A stretch of 64,000 nt of DNA from an uncultured cyanobacterium (GCA_963766075.1 CAVYAN010000048.1:1-64000); one strand, 5' to 3'. Positions 21,483-31,391 are shown, counted from the first letter of the stretch. Program-made: numbers and translations. The notes: a model not told the origin generated them from the sequence alone.

Positions 21483-22568
21483 CTACCGCTGCTGCAAGAG
21501 GGCGATTCCCAATCCCGTCAACGATCCGATGATGATGCGCAGTGGGCTTATCTTGCGCGATCGCTTCCTAATTTCGGCGTCGATCACGTTTCTGTCTTCT
21601 TGCGTGATCTCTTGCGGCTCGTGTCGGTATGTAAGCCCTAGTTTTTGGGCTGTTTTTTCTGAGACAGCGCCCCACATTTGAACATTTGCTTTTTTAGGAT
21701 CGATCCTGCCAGCCCTGATGCCTTTAGTTATTTCCGCGTGAGTTTCCCGGAAGCTTTCTGCGTATGCAGGAGCCCCCTTCTTCTCCCACCAATCCGCGTT
21801 CCAGCCTTCTTTGGGGGGTTGAAGGATGTATCGTCCCTCTGGTGCGACAACCCTCAGCTCTTTGGCTTCAATGACGGCTGCAAAGTTCCAGTCTTCAGGA
21901 GAAAAAGAGCCGCCACTGTAATCATTTGCACGCTTGCCAAGCAAAAACAATGCTGAAGGATGATTATGTGTAACAACCTTTCCCTTCATGACTGCCATTT
22001 CTTGGGCGTTAAACATGACACTGTAACCGTTGCCTCCCTTCCTAAGAACTTCGTTGCCCTGGTCATCTAAGCAAACAGCCGTCTCATAGGAATTCAATCT
22101 CAATTCCTCTTCAATTGCCTCAATTTTTGTAACGCCTGACGGGCTTCCGCGCCGAAGCAGGCTTTGAGCCATCCGTTTGGCCAAAGGGGTTTTAACCTTG
22201 CAAGAGTTTCCTCTAGCAACGCAGCTCCTACCGCATTGCCGTCCCTTCTCGCAATTGTTCTCGCGATTGCGGTCACGCCGCTCTCGGGACAGCAAATATC
22301 CTGTCCAGTAGGCAAGACTGTCGAATCGAATCAGCTCGGTCAAACCCTGTGATTGGGCAAGACTGCCAACAATGCCTGCATCTTTTCGCGGCGTTTTCAG
22401 GGGGGTAAATTCCACCCCTTCGGCATTGATTTTGAAACTAAATAGCTCAGGGCCGTCCAGAAACCGCCCGGTAATTTCTGTGTCGGATTTCTTAAAATCC
22501 AGTATCCGAGTAATCCCCTCCGAGTAGGCAACTTCAATCGTATTTTTGAGGTCTAGGATGAACGACAT
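21483..22568 (-). CDS. RxD/C4-leader protein with JAB/MPN-like domain and C-terminal hydrophobic helix
   Basis: Shared N-domain, RRD...C-x5-C-x3-C-x6-C, YETAV...THNHPS...SFSPED. Confidence 0.75.
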   Translation of the reverse strand: MSFILDLKNTIEVAYSEGITRILDFKKSDTEITGRFLDGPELFSFKINAEGVEFTPLKTPRKDAGIVGSLAQSQGLTELIRFDSLAYWTGYLLSRERRDRNRENNCEKGRQCGRSCVARGNSCKVKTPLAKRMAQSLLRRGSPSGVTKIEAIEEELRLNSYETAVCLDDQGNEVLRKGGNGYSVMFNAQEMAVMKGKVVTHNHPSALFLLGKRANDYSGGSFSPEDWNFAAVIEAKELRVVAPEGRYILQPPKEGWNADWWEKKGAPAYAESFRETHAEITKGIRAGRIDPKKANVQMWGAVSEKTAQKLGLTYRHEPQEITQEDRNVIDAEIRKRSRKISPLRIIIGSLTGLGIALLQQR

Positions 22569-22574
22569 GGCTGA

Positions 22575-22772
22575 CTACTGGGCCTCATCGTGCTTTTCAA
22601 ACTGAATACCGTTGTCGCCGGGATAGGGCTTCGTATGGTCGTTTTCGCCGCTCCAGATTTCCACGGGAATCCCCCGAGGAAAAGCGATGCACCCCCCTTC
22701 AAGGGAATAGTGCTTGCACAGTGTGCAAACCGGGCTAAAGAATTGAAACCGTCTGGACAAATCAATCTGCAT
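22575..22772 (-). CDS. Small Cys/His protein (C-x2-C...C-x-AFPxGIP...H...GDxGIxFE)
   Basis: 65 aa, ends 6 nt before the JAB-domain gene; resembles small proteins found beside phage MuF loci. Confidence 0.65.
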   Translation of the reverse strand: MQIDLSRRFQFFSPVCTLCKHYSLEGGCIAFPRGIPVEIWSGENDHTKPYPGDNGIQFEKHDEAQ

Positions 22773-22784
22773 GGGAACCTCTCA

Positions 22785-23246
22785 TCACGCCGGATACTCT
22801 TGATTTCGCCCATCGGGCCGTCGCCGCAAAACCAAATCCCATGTCAGGGCGCTGCCCGTTGTGGCAGCTACAAAATCACATTCAGTCCCAAGCAGAATCG
22901 CCGTTTTGTCCTGATTGAGCACGCCATCGACAAAGTATGAATAGCCACTGCCGTCGCGCCCAATCTGCTGAAAGCTGTACCGCCTAGAAATTCCCTTGGC
23001 TTGGAAGTCATCCACCTCAATCTGGACGCCGCTAACACTCTGGAATGCCGCCGCCGTGCGAGGCGATACGGTGGTAATTATTGGCCTGGGGTCAACCTCC
23101 AAAAACTCGGTCACGGGCATCGTTTCACCCTCGGGAAGATACCGCCGCCGAATCACTAGCGATCGGCACAGGGGATGACCTTGCCCCGCAGCCACCTGCG
23201 TCATGGCGTCCCTGATTCCCTGCATCTGTTCGTAGAAACTGGTCAT
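22785..23246 (-). CDS. Putative head-closure protein
   Basis: 153 aa, beta-rich, downstream of the head-tail adaptor. Confidence 0.5.
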   Translation of the reverse strand: MTSFYEQMQGIRDAMTQVAAGQGHPLCRSLVIRRRYLPEGETMPVTEFLEVDPRPIITTVSPRTAAAFQSVSGVQIEVDDFQAKGISRRYSFQQIGRDGSGYSYFVDGVLNQDKTAILLGTECDFVAATTGSALTWDLVLRRRPDGRNQEYPA

Positions 23247-23386
23247 GGCGGCGGCATTTCCCCGAGGTTGTCGGTGTAGTAGACCTTTTTTCGGATTTTG
23301 CCAGTAGCGATCGCCCCTGGTTCCGGCTTTTTAGGGGGAGGCGTTGGCGGGCTCTCTGTCTTTGGATCGGGGTCTTGCATTTGCAT
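23243..23386 (-). CDS. Small Pro-rich protein, 47 aa (not in ORF track)
   Basis: MQMQDPDPKTESPPTPPPKKPE...; TAATG and ATGA overlaps with both neighbours. Confidence 0.55.
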   Translation of the reverse strand: MQMQDPDPKTESPPTPPPKKPEPGAIATGKIRKKVYYTDNLGEMPPP

Positions 23387-23742
23387 TAGAAGCCACTGAA
23401 GTAAAGAATGGGTGGCCCTACCACCACCGTGCGCAACTGCTTCCAGCGCCGCCCGTAGGTGGTGAGGTCTAAGTCAGCCTCAAAATCGCCGTTGGCACCG
23501 CTGGGAGCAGAAGATGCTTTCCCGCCTGTGAGGGCAATGCTGGCTGAAACGATGTTTGCCGCTTCTAGCCACTCCATTTCCAAGTAGTGGCAGGCGAGCA
23601 GGCGAACGCCGCGATCGCGGCGTTCCAAGTCCTCCCATGGGCACATATCTTCGGCTTCTGCGATCGCGGCTTCAATCTCTTCCACGGTTTTCGTGGCAAA
23701 GACTGGGTGAATTGCGATCAGGATCTCTGCCGTGATTGTCAT
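23386..23742 (-). CDS. Head-tail adaptor (DUF4054-like)
   Basis: IHPVF, LLACHYL and LDLTTYGRRW motifs; downstream of the capsid. Confidence 0.75.
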   Translation of the reverse strand: MTITAEILIAIHPVFATKTVEEIEAAIAEAEDMCPWEDLERRDRGVRLLACHYLEMEWLEAANIVSASIALTGGKASSAPSGANGDFEADLDLTTYGRRWKQLRTVVVGPPILYFSGF

Positions 23743-24044
23743 GGCTTAGCCCTTTTACGCTCCTTAGTGGGTTGAACCTCAGGCTTGGGTGGAGCTTCAG
23801 ACTGCTCTGCACTCGCTTCAGCTTCGAGTACTGTAGGTTGAGCAGGGGTGCCGACTGCTTCACCACCAACCGGCACCTCTGTCTGTTCCCCTTGATCCGC
23901 CACTGTGACTAGCGGAGTCAAGCCTGTTTCCGGAGTCTCGGCGGGTGGCTCTGAGTTCTCGGGAATATCGCCCAACTCATCTGGAGTTGGTAGTTTGCTG
24001 GGAGTGGCTTTTTGGGCCAAAATGTTCGCGTTTTTGAGTGGCAT
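23739..24044 (-). CDS. Acidic Pro/Glu-rich hypothetical protein
   Basis: 101 aa, ATGA overlap with the adaptor gene. Confidence 0.55.
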   Translation of the reverse strand: MPLKNANILAQKATPSKLPTPDELGDIPENSEPPAETPETGLTPLVTVADQGEQTEVPVGGEAVGTPAQPTVLEAEASAEQSEAPPKPEVQPTKERKRAKP

Positions 24045-24050
24045 AGTGTC

Positions 24051-24668
24051 CTACTGCTGGTTGCTGCTAAGTTTTTGCTCCAGTTCGCCCAGGCGCTCGG
24101 TGAGCCAAGACTGCACTTCAGCCCGGTCATCCTTGATTAAGCAGCGCTTCAGCCACTCAATATCGGATGAATCGGTGATGAACCGAAATGCCGTCTCTGG
24201 ATTAAAGTCCAGGCTAGTCCCCGTGGCCGAGCCGCCAGCGGCAATGTTCCACTCCAAAACCTCGATAACGCCTTGTTTCTGTTTTTCCGCCCATTGGGGA
24301 TGCTGGCAAGCTGCCTGATAGTCAGCCAGGGAGATGAGGTTTGCACCAGGAACCAAAAACACGCCCTTCATGGCCTTAAGTTTCAAGGCACCGGGATTCA
24401 GCTTTAACTTTTCAATCTGCTCCGCAGTCAGGCTGCTCACGTCTGGCATCCCGCCTTCGGGAACGGGGAAGCGGATTGGGTTGTTATTGAGCTTGATGCC
24501 GTTGGACTTGGAGCGCCGATCCGAGTGGTAAAGAACCGCAACAAACTCAGGTTCTTTTGCCAGAGTAGCTTTAGCCGTGGCGGCCTTTTTGTTGGCCGCG
24601 ACAGTAGCGGCGACTTCGGTGGCGGCAGCAGCAGCAGCAGGGTTTGTGGTGGTCGTTGTCGTTGTCAT
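24051..24668 (-). CDS. Hypothetical head-associated protein
   Basis: 205 aa directly after the capsid; LVPGANL motif; Thr/Ala-rich N-terminus. Confidence 0.6.
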   Translation of the reverse strand: MTTTTTTTNPAAAAAATEVAATVAANKKAATAKATLAKEPEFVAVLYHSDRRSKSNGIKLNNNPIRFPVPEGGMPDVSSLTAEQIEKLKLNPGALKLKAMKGVFLVPGANLISLADYQAACQHPQWAEKQKQGVIEVLEWNIAAGGSATGTSLDFNPETAFRFITDSSDIEWLKRCLIKDDRAEVQSWLTERLGELEQKLSSNQQ

Positions 24669-24726
24669 ATAGGTAAGGGGGTGAAGTGTTGAAAGGGGTG
24701 AAGGTCAACAGTTTTCGGAGCGGGCG

Positions 24727-25635
24727 TTAGATGCCGGATACAGCGTGACGGGAGTAAGGGCGGTAGGAAACGATGCCACCTGCCTTTAGTACGGCTGGGC
24801 GCTCGTATCCGAGCCCTTTCCGCGTCATTTGCAGGAAGGTTAGAGGCTGCGTGATCCGGAATTTGACCTTGGAGCGATCGCGCCGGTACACCTTCATCAT
24901 GTCGGTGCCGCCGTCGCCAGCGCCCGCCAGTTCGTTGATTGACTCAACGTTTTTGATGTAGGGGCTGGACTTCAAAAACCACTCCATGAGGGTCAATTGC
25001 AGTTTGTCCGAAATCATCGTCGTGGTCAGATAGTGAAACTGGTCTACGGGCAGAATCAGCGTGTCTGGCTTCTCAATCTGCTTGGTCAGCTTGACGACAG
25101 CGGTTACCGTGTCATGCAGCAAAGCCAGGATTTGAAAGGTTTCAGAGTTGCTGTCGATCGTGTAAGGAGCGTAGGAGTAAAGAATGTTCGGATCGTTCAA
25201 AAATCCGTGCATCCCGATCCGAGAATCGCCAAATGCAATCAACGTATTGAGCAATTGCTCAGACGCTTCTTTGACGCCAGAAACCTTTTCGGATTCAATA
25301 TCCCAGCCTGTTTCTGATGCGGTCAAAATGTCGTCGTCGCTGTACCAGTAGCCGCCAGCGTATTTGTAAACTTTCTGGGTGAACTCTTCGCTCAACACTT
25401 CGATCATCGGCAGTGCAGAAGAGTAGTTCCGCTGCAATGCAAATGAGCCCAGCTTGGAGGTTTGGCGATAGGTCACACTGGTCTTTGCTGGCTTGTTCTG
25501 AATGTCCAAGGGGACAATCTTGCCGGAAGCGAAGGGCAGATCAGCATATTCGACCTGCTGAACTTCAGTTTCAATGAGTTCCAGTTCTCGGAAAAACGCC
25601 CCAACAGTGGCGTCATCTAAACGATATTCAGTCAT
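24727..25635 (-). CDS. Major capsid protein (DUF2184/encapsulin-like HK97 fold)
   Basis: 302 aa, RELELIE, FGD...GFLNDPN, PDTLILP, AGGIVSYRP motifs; follows protease and decoration genes. Confidence 0.85.
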   Translation of the reverse strand: MTEYRLDDATVGAFFRELELIETEVQQVEYADLPFASGKIVPLDIQNKPAKTSVTYRQTSKLGSFALQRNYSSALPMIEVLSEEFTQKVYKYAGGYWYSDDDILTASETGWDIESEKVSGVKEASEQLLNTLIAFGDSRIGMHGFLNDPNILYSYAPYTIDSNSETFQILALLHDTVTAVVKLTKQIEKPDTLILPVDQFHYLTTTMISDKLQLTLMEWFLKSSPYIKNVESINELAGAGDGGTDMMKVYRRDRSKVKFRITQPLTFLQMTRKGLGYERPAVLKAGGIVSYRPYSRHAVSGI

Positions 25636-25694
25636 GGCTTGTATTGAGAGAGGGTAAGGGGATGAGGACTAACGGGGAGAGGGCGGCCTAGAAA

Positions 25695-26513
25695 CTAGCT
25701 CTTGTTGTAGGACAGCAAAATCATGCGAGAGCCGTCAGAGTTAACGACTGTTCCACGCGCAATGCTGTATTCGTGAGCAGGGATGGCGATCGCATCGTCA
25801 GCATCGGAGAGCGTCACTTTCCCGGCGTTGCCGCCAGTCACGGACACATACAGCTCGCTACCCAAAGAGATTGAGGTTTCAACGGCTTCCACCCAAATGC
25901 CTTCCAGGGTGTTAACGCGGTCCAGAACATCCATAGGCTCAAGCGGGCGATACGTGGTCTTCGCCGTCGCTCCAATCGCGTTGCGCTCAGCAGAGTAGGT
26001 ATTGAAGCTAATGCCGACCAGCACATCGTCAACGCGAGGCAGGCTGGCTTCTCGCACGGTTGCAGCCGGATCCCGACCCAAAAAGCGGCCAAACGGAATT
26101 TCGATAAGACCTGACGCCGCCGTGTTGGTGACGGTCGGGTTGGCCGCAGTGCCCACTGCGGTCAAGGTGAGGTTGGCGGAAGGATCGCGCCCAACTAGCC
26201 GGATGCCGGTAGCGTTGCTGATGAACACTGGGGTTGCCAGCTCATACATCCGAGAGTTGCGGATTGCTGCGATCGCCGCTGCTAGGTTTTCGGCTGCTGT
26301 AGCACTGCCATCGTTGGCGTAGACGACTTGCTCAGTGCGGGTGCCATTGCTCAGAGTGAGGGTGATAACGTTGCTGTTTGTGGCGTTCGGGCCTAAAACC
26401 AGCGATTGTGCAGTCCGCCGAGAATTCGTATAGGGCAGAACACGCGGCTCGCCCAAACCCTGAATCATTCCAGGGCGGGAAAGGTCAAATCCGAGAGAGT
26501 AGTTTTTTTGCAT
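25695..26513 (-). CDS. Capsid decoration/cement protein
   Basis: Between protease and capsid; PGMI, IPFGR and GIWVEA motifs. Confidence 0.65.
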   Translation of the reverse strand: MQKNYSLGFDLSRPGMIQGLGEPRVLPYTNSRRTAQSLVLGPNATNSNVITLTLSNGTRTEQVVYANDGSATAAENLAAAIAAIRNSRMYELATPVFISNATGIRLVGRDPSANLTLTAVGTAANPTVTNTAASGLIEIPFGRFLGRDPAATVREASLPRVDDVLVGISFNTYSAERNAIGATAKTTYRPLEPMDVLDRVNTLEGIWVEAVETSISLGSELYVSVTGGNAGKVTLSDADDAIAIPAHEYSIARGTVVNSDGSRMILLSYNKS

Positions 26514-26579
26514 TTTCGTAGCTCAGAGAGCGAGGGGTAGGAAAATGCAGAAATCACGCGCTGACAGTCACTCGGGAGA

Positions 26580-28010
26580 TTACGCTTTGCTTAAGCTCAG
26601 GGGTTGTTTGCAAGCATCCATTTTTTTCTGACAGGCTTCGTCTACGCCGTAGGTAGTCGCAGCGCCGGGAGCCGAAGCTTTACGGGCAGCGGTGGTTGCA
26701 GAGCGAGAGTCGAACCGAGCGGAATCAGTCCGTTGGTCTACTGCTTCTTCTTCCTCTACAACTTCTTCAATTTCCATTTGCTCCACTTCTTCGAGAAGCG
26801 CGTCAAACCGGGCTGCAATATGAATATCGAGGTTTGTGTCTTCTGCATCCAGGCGGGCCAAGCTGTTGGGGCGAACCATTTGCAGCACTTGAGCCTTAAC
26901 TTCAACGGGGGCTAAGCTGCCGTCAAAGTGGATTTCAGAAAGGTCAGCATCAGTTGCGCTCAGGATTTTGTAAGCATCAAGACGAACATCGATTCCTTCT
27001 TGAATGCCGACTTGCAGCGCGGTAACAAAATCGTCTTCGCTGATGGCTGCTTCAGGAGCGGCGTCAGTGCGAGCGGTATTCGCTGCTCCTTCCTTGGCGT
27101 AGCGCAATGCTTCAACTTCAACCTCTAGGGCATCGGCTCGCCCGGTCTGCACGTCGCGGTCGTCGGTGATTTCGTCAAGATTTTCCTCTAGTTGAGTAAT
27201 CTTGGTTCTCATGGCGGCGTTGTCAGCTTCTAGGCTGTCAGCTCGCTGCTTTAAGGTGCCTAATTCGGTGATTTTTAGGGATACAGCACCAGCTATATCG
27301 GCTGGCACGTCTGTGTATTCAACACTGTCAATTCGTAGAGTAGCCATGCGGTTTGCTTGTCGTTGGTGGGTGTCGGGACGGGATTTAGGATTCTGGACCA
27401 TAGTGTGCCCATCCGCTGAATCCAATACGCAAAAACAGCTTGACTTGCCGTTTGCGTCGGTCCTGATTTGACAGCAGCTCTGAACATCCTCGGCTGAATC
27501 CAAGTGTAGGCGGGCGATTGAGCCTGCGCGGGCTCGCTCCACCAGGGCGATGTGATTCCCCCTGATGTTGCGTTGGACGACATCGTATCGACCTTCGGCG
27601 CAAGTGCCAGGGGTTTCGTCAATGTCGCATTCATACCCGTTACTCAGCTCCTTGTGGGTTGACTGAGCCGCCGCGATCGCAACGGGATCGACAATGGTTA
27701 AATCCGTTTCGAGTAAGCCATTGAGGTACTCAACAACACTGCCATAGCCCTTCAGGAAGGTGGCCGAGTTATCCTTGTTCACCATCACAGGCGGGTGATC
27801 GAGGGTGGCCACGGCGTTGTTAAACGTGGCCGCCGATCTCTCAACCTCGTCTGGCGGGCGATACTCCCGACGAATCCCGTTGGGGTACCTGGCATCTGCA
27901 TACTCCTGAATCCCAGAGCGGGCGATCGTGGCGCGGCACCGCAAAAACCCGGTCACCGGATCAATGTGTGGATTCCCGGAGAGCTGAACAAAGTCAAAAC
28001 GAATAACCAT
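26580..28010 (-). CDS. DUF2213-type prohead protease/scaffold
   Basis: GFLRCRATIARSGIQEY, EYRPPDEV, TLDHP, ELSNGY, IRGNHIALVERARAG, then a coiled-coil scaffold rich in RxD. Likely start MVIRFD. Confidence 0.85.
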   Translation of the reverse strand: MVIRFDFVQLSGNPHIDPVTGFLRCRATIARSGIQEYADARYPNGIRREYRPPDEVERSAATFNNAVATLDHPPVMVNKDNSATFLKGYGSVVEYLNGLLETDLTIVDPVAIAAAQSTHKELSNGYECDIDETPGTCAEGRYDVVQRNIRGNHIALVERARAGSIARLHLDSAEDVQSCCQIRTDANGKSSCFCVLDSADGHTMVQNPKSRPDTHQRQANRMATLRIDSVEYTDVPADIAGAVSLKITELGTLKQRADSLEADNAAMRTKITQLEENLDEITDDRDVQTGRADALEVEVEALRYAKEGAANTARTDAAPEAAISEDDFVTALQVGIQEGIDVRLDAYKILSATDADLSEIHFDGSLAPVEVKAQVLQMVRPNSLARLDAEDTNLDIHIAARFDALLEEVEQMEIEEVVEEEEAVDQRTDSARFDSRSATTAARKASAPGAATTYGVDEACQKKMDACKQPLSLSKA

Positions 28011-28046
28011 TTTAGGAGGGCGATTTTTCCCTATAGTGCCCCGCAC

Positions 28047-30410
28047 CTAAGCAGTTTCAACGCTTTTCGGAGATTCGGACGCCATGAACAAGGCCATCAA
28101 ATAGCGTTTGTACATATCAACCCTAATCTGGTCAGCGATCGCGGGGTATTCGTTCGCCATCACCTCAACCGCTAAGGCATAGACCTTGGGCAGTGGGAGA
28201 GGGGCTAGGGCATCCTCTTCAGAATCCTTCCGTACCTTCTGCCGTTTCTCCAACCATTCCATCATTTCGGCTGCTGTCATCCGAGTTTTGTCGGTGGCGT
28301 AGTCAGACAATTTGATTCCATCCGGCCCTGCTTGAACACTCAGGGCGGTTTTGGTCGTTATCTTGGAAATGAAATTGCCAAACTTGCTGATCCGCTCGCG
28401 CTGGGTAGCTTCGGCTTTGCCCGTAACAATTCCTCGGGCAAAGCTCTCGCAATTTGACTCAAACCCTTCGTAGCTAAAGCTTTGCCCAACCATTAAGTTG
28501 GCTCTTTCCAGTATTTCCGCTTCGGTAAAAATAGGCTTTTTGTTTTTGTACAGTTCTTTGGGTGGCACCCGCTCAAACTGGGTGCTGTCGGGGCTGGCGT
28601 CAGAGATGAGGCTACGCGATCGCACCTTCATTTCGATTTTGCCTTCCTTTTTCTCCCCAGACACATCGATCATCATGTGCTGCCCCGTTTTGGGGTCTTT
28701 GCCCGTGAAGACTGAGTAATGCTGCCAAGCCCCGCCTGGAACCTTAAAGTTTTTGCGGATCACGTCCCCAGGCTTAAATGTGTCATACACCTTAAGGGTT
28801 TCGGCATCTGGAATCCCGCCAGGGGGCTGCCGAATTGAGTCAAACGCCATCGCTTTTCCGGCGCTTTCAAAGTCTTTGCGCAGTTGAAACGCGGCAACGC
28901 CCAAAACGCTCGCGACCGCCACGCTGGTCAGGCCAGCCGCTACAAACTTCGGCGCAGATGACTTTTTGATCCGAAATTCAATATCGCCGCTGGGTGTTAC
29001 CCGCCGCCGAATGGAGTGACTTTTAGACTTGCCAATGCGGCAAACCTTCTTGGGTGAGATGTAGCCCTCTCCGCAAGGGTTTCCGTCCCCTTCCGTTGAA
29101 TCTTGCCGCCCCTGCTGTTCGGACAGCAGGAAAATAGCCAGCAGGTAGTTTTTGAACATCTGAACTTGAATGGCTTCAGAGATGCCCGGATACGCTTTCC
29201 CAAGCTCTACGGCGGATTTAGCGTATGCCGTTGGGTCTGGGAGCACATCTGCAACCTTGGCAGGTTGAGAGCTGGCTGAATCCACTCTGGATAAAGCCGC
29301 TCGCTCTCGCTCCAAAAATTCCAACATTTGTGTGGAAGTCATGCGCAATTTTGACTTTCCATACTCACTTAGGCCAAAACCTTTCTTTGTCCTCAGCTTT
29401 AGCCCGTTGTCCAAGACTATTGCTGAAGCCACCTTAGTGAACCGCGTAACGGAGTCCCCCTGAACAGAGCGTGACTGCCCTGCAACAATAGCTCTGGCAA
29501 AACTCTCGCAGTTTGAGGTATACCCCTGATAGGTCAAAATTTGCCCACGCATCCGATGGGCGCGGCGGATAACTTCGTCAGGTGTGAATGGGCGATCGCC
29601 GTTTTTGAACACTTCGGACTCAGGCACTTTTTCATACTGGCTAGAGTTCGTGTTAATGTCCGCCATCGGGCGATAGAGGATTGTCGGCACCGTGTCGATT
29701 AGCTTTGGGTTTCGGCTTGACTCAATAATCATGTGCTGACCCGTTTGGGGGTCTTTACCGACATAGACGCCGTAATGCTGCTTGGCCCCAAGGGGTGCCT
29801 TAAAATTGCGGCGGACTAGATCGCCGGGGGTCATCGCATCGTAAGCTTTCAACGTCTCAGCATCTGGCACTCCGTCTGGAGGTTGCCGGATTGAATCAAA
29901 GTCAACTGAAGACTTCTGGACATCGCGAACAATAGTCGCGATCGCCGCGCCGAGGATCGCCGTTGTGGCCAGCGAGGTTAGGCCCGCGATCGCTTTAGGC
30001 GAGAACTTTAACGGTTTTTCCGATGAGCTGCTACCACCCAGCGCCCGAACTTGATTGGCCAACTGGACCGCCTTTGGGCCTAGCGGCTTTTCACAGACCT
30101 TACCTCGGGTGATGCAAGTAGTTTTGCAAGGAGTGCCAATGTCGCAGTTTTTGTCGCGCCTCAAGGTGAAGCCAATCAAATAGCTGTCACTGCGCCCCCC
30201 GGAGGCTTCAATTTCACTGTAGGAAAGGGTGTTTTTGGGGGACACGTTAAAGTCAAACACCTTATTCCCGGCCAAGAATTTGCCCGAGATAGTGCCTTTG
30301 TTGATCGTGGCTTTCAGGATGGCGCTGATTCCGTCTGTGTAGACAGATTCAATCAGCTCCTTCAGCCACGATCCCGGCCCCGCCTTTGAGCGGACGGTTG
30401 AAATCAGCAT
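28047..30410 (-). CDS. RxD/C4-leader protein with two tandem LRAT/NC (permuted papain-like) domains
   Basis: PGDLV...QHYGVYVG...SNCESFAR and PGDVI...QHYSVFTG...SNCESFAR, each preceded by a Cys module and a hydrophobic helix. Confidence 0.8.
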   Translation of the reverse strand: MLISTVRSKAGPGSWLKELIESVYTDGISAILKATINKGTISGKFLAGNKVFDFNVSPKNTLSYSEIEASGGRSDSYLIGFTLRRDKNCDIGTPCKTTCITRGKVCEKPLGPKAVQLANQVRALGGSSSSEKPLKFSPKAIAGLTSLATTAILGAAIATIVRDVQKSSVDFDSIRQPPDGVPDAETLKAYDAMTPGDLVRRNFKAPLGAKQHYGVYVGKDPQTGQHMIIESSRNPKLIDTVPTILYRPMADINTNSSQYEKVPESEVFKNGDRPFTPDEVIRRAHRMRGQILTYQGYTSNCESFARAIVAGQSRSVQGDSVTRFTKVASAIVLDNGLKLRTKKGFGLSEYGKSKLRMTSTQMLEFLERERAALSRVDSASSQPAKVADVLPDPTAYAKSAVELGKAYPGISEAIQVQMFKNYLLAIFLLSEQQGRQDSTEGDGNPCGEGYISPKKVCRIGKSKSHSIRRRVTPSGDIEFRIKKSSAPKFVAAGLTSVAVASVLGVAAFQLRKDFESAGKAMAFDSIRQPPGGIPDAETLKVYDTFKPGDVIRKNFKVPGGAWQHYSVFTGKDPKTGQHMMIDVSGEKKEGKIEMKVRSRSLISDASPDSTQFERVPPKELYKNKKPIFTEAEILERANLMVGQSFSYEGFESNCESFARGIVTGKAEATQRERISKFGNFISKITTKTALSVQAGPDGIKLSDYATDKTRMTAAEMMEWLEKRQKVRKDSEEDALAPLPLPKVYALAVEVMANEYPAIADQIRVDMYKRYLMALFMASESPKSVETA

Positions 30411-30425
30411 GGTATTTGACTTTGG

Positions 30426-31391
30426 TTATTTGACTTTGGCGGCTAGGCCGGAGACTTTTCTAGCAAACTTTGCACCTGCGGCTCCTGCCTTTTTGCTGAG
30501 TTCAGCGCCTTTTTCACCAGCTTTTTCACCGAGTTCAACGCCCTTGATTCCGGCTTTTTTGCTGAATTCAGTGCCTTTCTCCATGGTTGCCGTACCCGCT
30601 TTGTTGATAGCCGCGCCTGCTTTTTGGGACATAGACGCACCTTTCAAGCCGCCCTTGGCAGAAGCCGCAGCAAGTTTATTGCCCGCCTTCATAGAGGCTC
30701 CCGCAACTTTTTCGGAACCTTTTTCAATGCCCTGCGCAGTTTTTTCGGCACCCTTGCCAACCGCTTCAGCGATCGGCTTGCGGAAGTAGTAAGCAGCGCC
30801 AGCACCACCAGCGAGAGCAGCGCCCGCAGCTATCCCAACCGCAGCGCTGCCCACGGACGCGCCTCTACCGCCAGCACCAGAAGCGAGTTTCTTCTTTTTG
30901 CCGCCACATTCAGCATCTTTAGGAATGCATCGGCCATTGCAGAGCTGACCTGTTTTGCACTTGGGCTGGCCAGCGTCAGCGCGATCGCCGCCCATTTTGG
31001 CCGCATACGCTTTAGGATTTTTTCTGTACTCCACCACGTTGTTGTACAGTTCTGGATCATTCTTTTTAAGGTGGTTCATAACCATGTGAGTGCCAGCCGC
31101 TTGCACAGCAATGCTTGATCCAATCGTTCCAGCAACGCCAGCAGCAATACCCCGCTTAAAGCCACCCCCGCCACCACCGCCAGCGCCAGAAGAGAGCTTC
31201 TTGCCGCCACAGCTAGCGCCCTTGGGAATGCATCGGCCATTGCAGAGCTGACCCACCTTGCATTGAGGCTGGCCAGCATCGGCGCGATCGCCGCCCACAC
31301 TGTTGAGCAAATCAACGGCGTACTGGCTCATGGGTAAAGAGGTATCGGTTTCGGCGTGAGAAGACTTTTTAGATTGGCAGGAGCAAGTCAT
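30426..31391 (-). CDS. Protein with duplicated RADA-C4 modules and Lys/Ala-rich tail
   Basis: Likely start MTCSCQ at 31391 (the track start overlaps gpG); two copies of GGDRADAGQP-x-C-x5-C-x3-C-x6-C. Confidence 0.75.
   Translation of the reverse strand: MTCSCQSKKSSHAETDTSLPMSQYAVDLLNSVGGDRADAGQPQCKVGQLCNGRCIPKGASCGGKKLSSGAGGGGGGGFKRGIAAGVAGTIGSSIAVQAAGTHMVMNHLKKNDPELYNNVVEYRKNPKAYAAKMGGDRADAGQPKCKTGQLCNGRCIPKDAECGGKKKKLASGAGGRGASVGSAAVGIAAGAALAGGAGAAYYFRKPIAEAVGKGAEKTAQGIEKGSEKVAGASMKAGNKLAAASAKGGLKGASMSQKAGAAINKAGTATMEKGTEFSKKAGIKGVELGEKAGEKGAELSKKAGAAGAKFARKVSGLAAKVK

Noticed and set aside
30890..31300. Duplicated module as a diversity-generating retroelement TR/VR pair
   Set aside because: Differences include many C/T synonymous changes, not adenine-specific ones, and there is no reverse transcriptase in the window.
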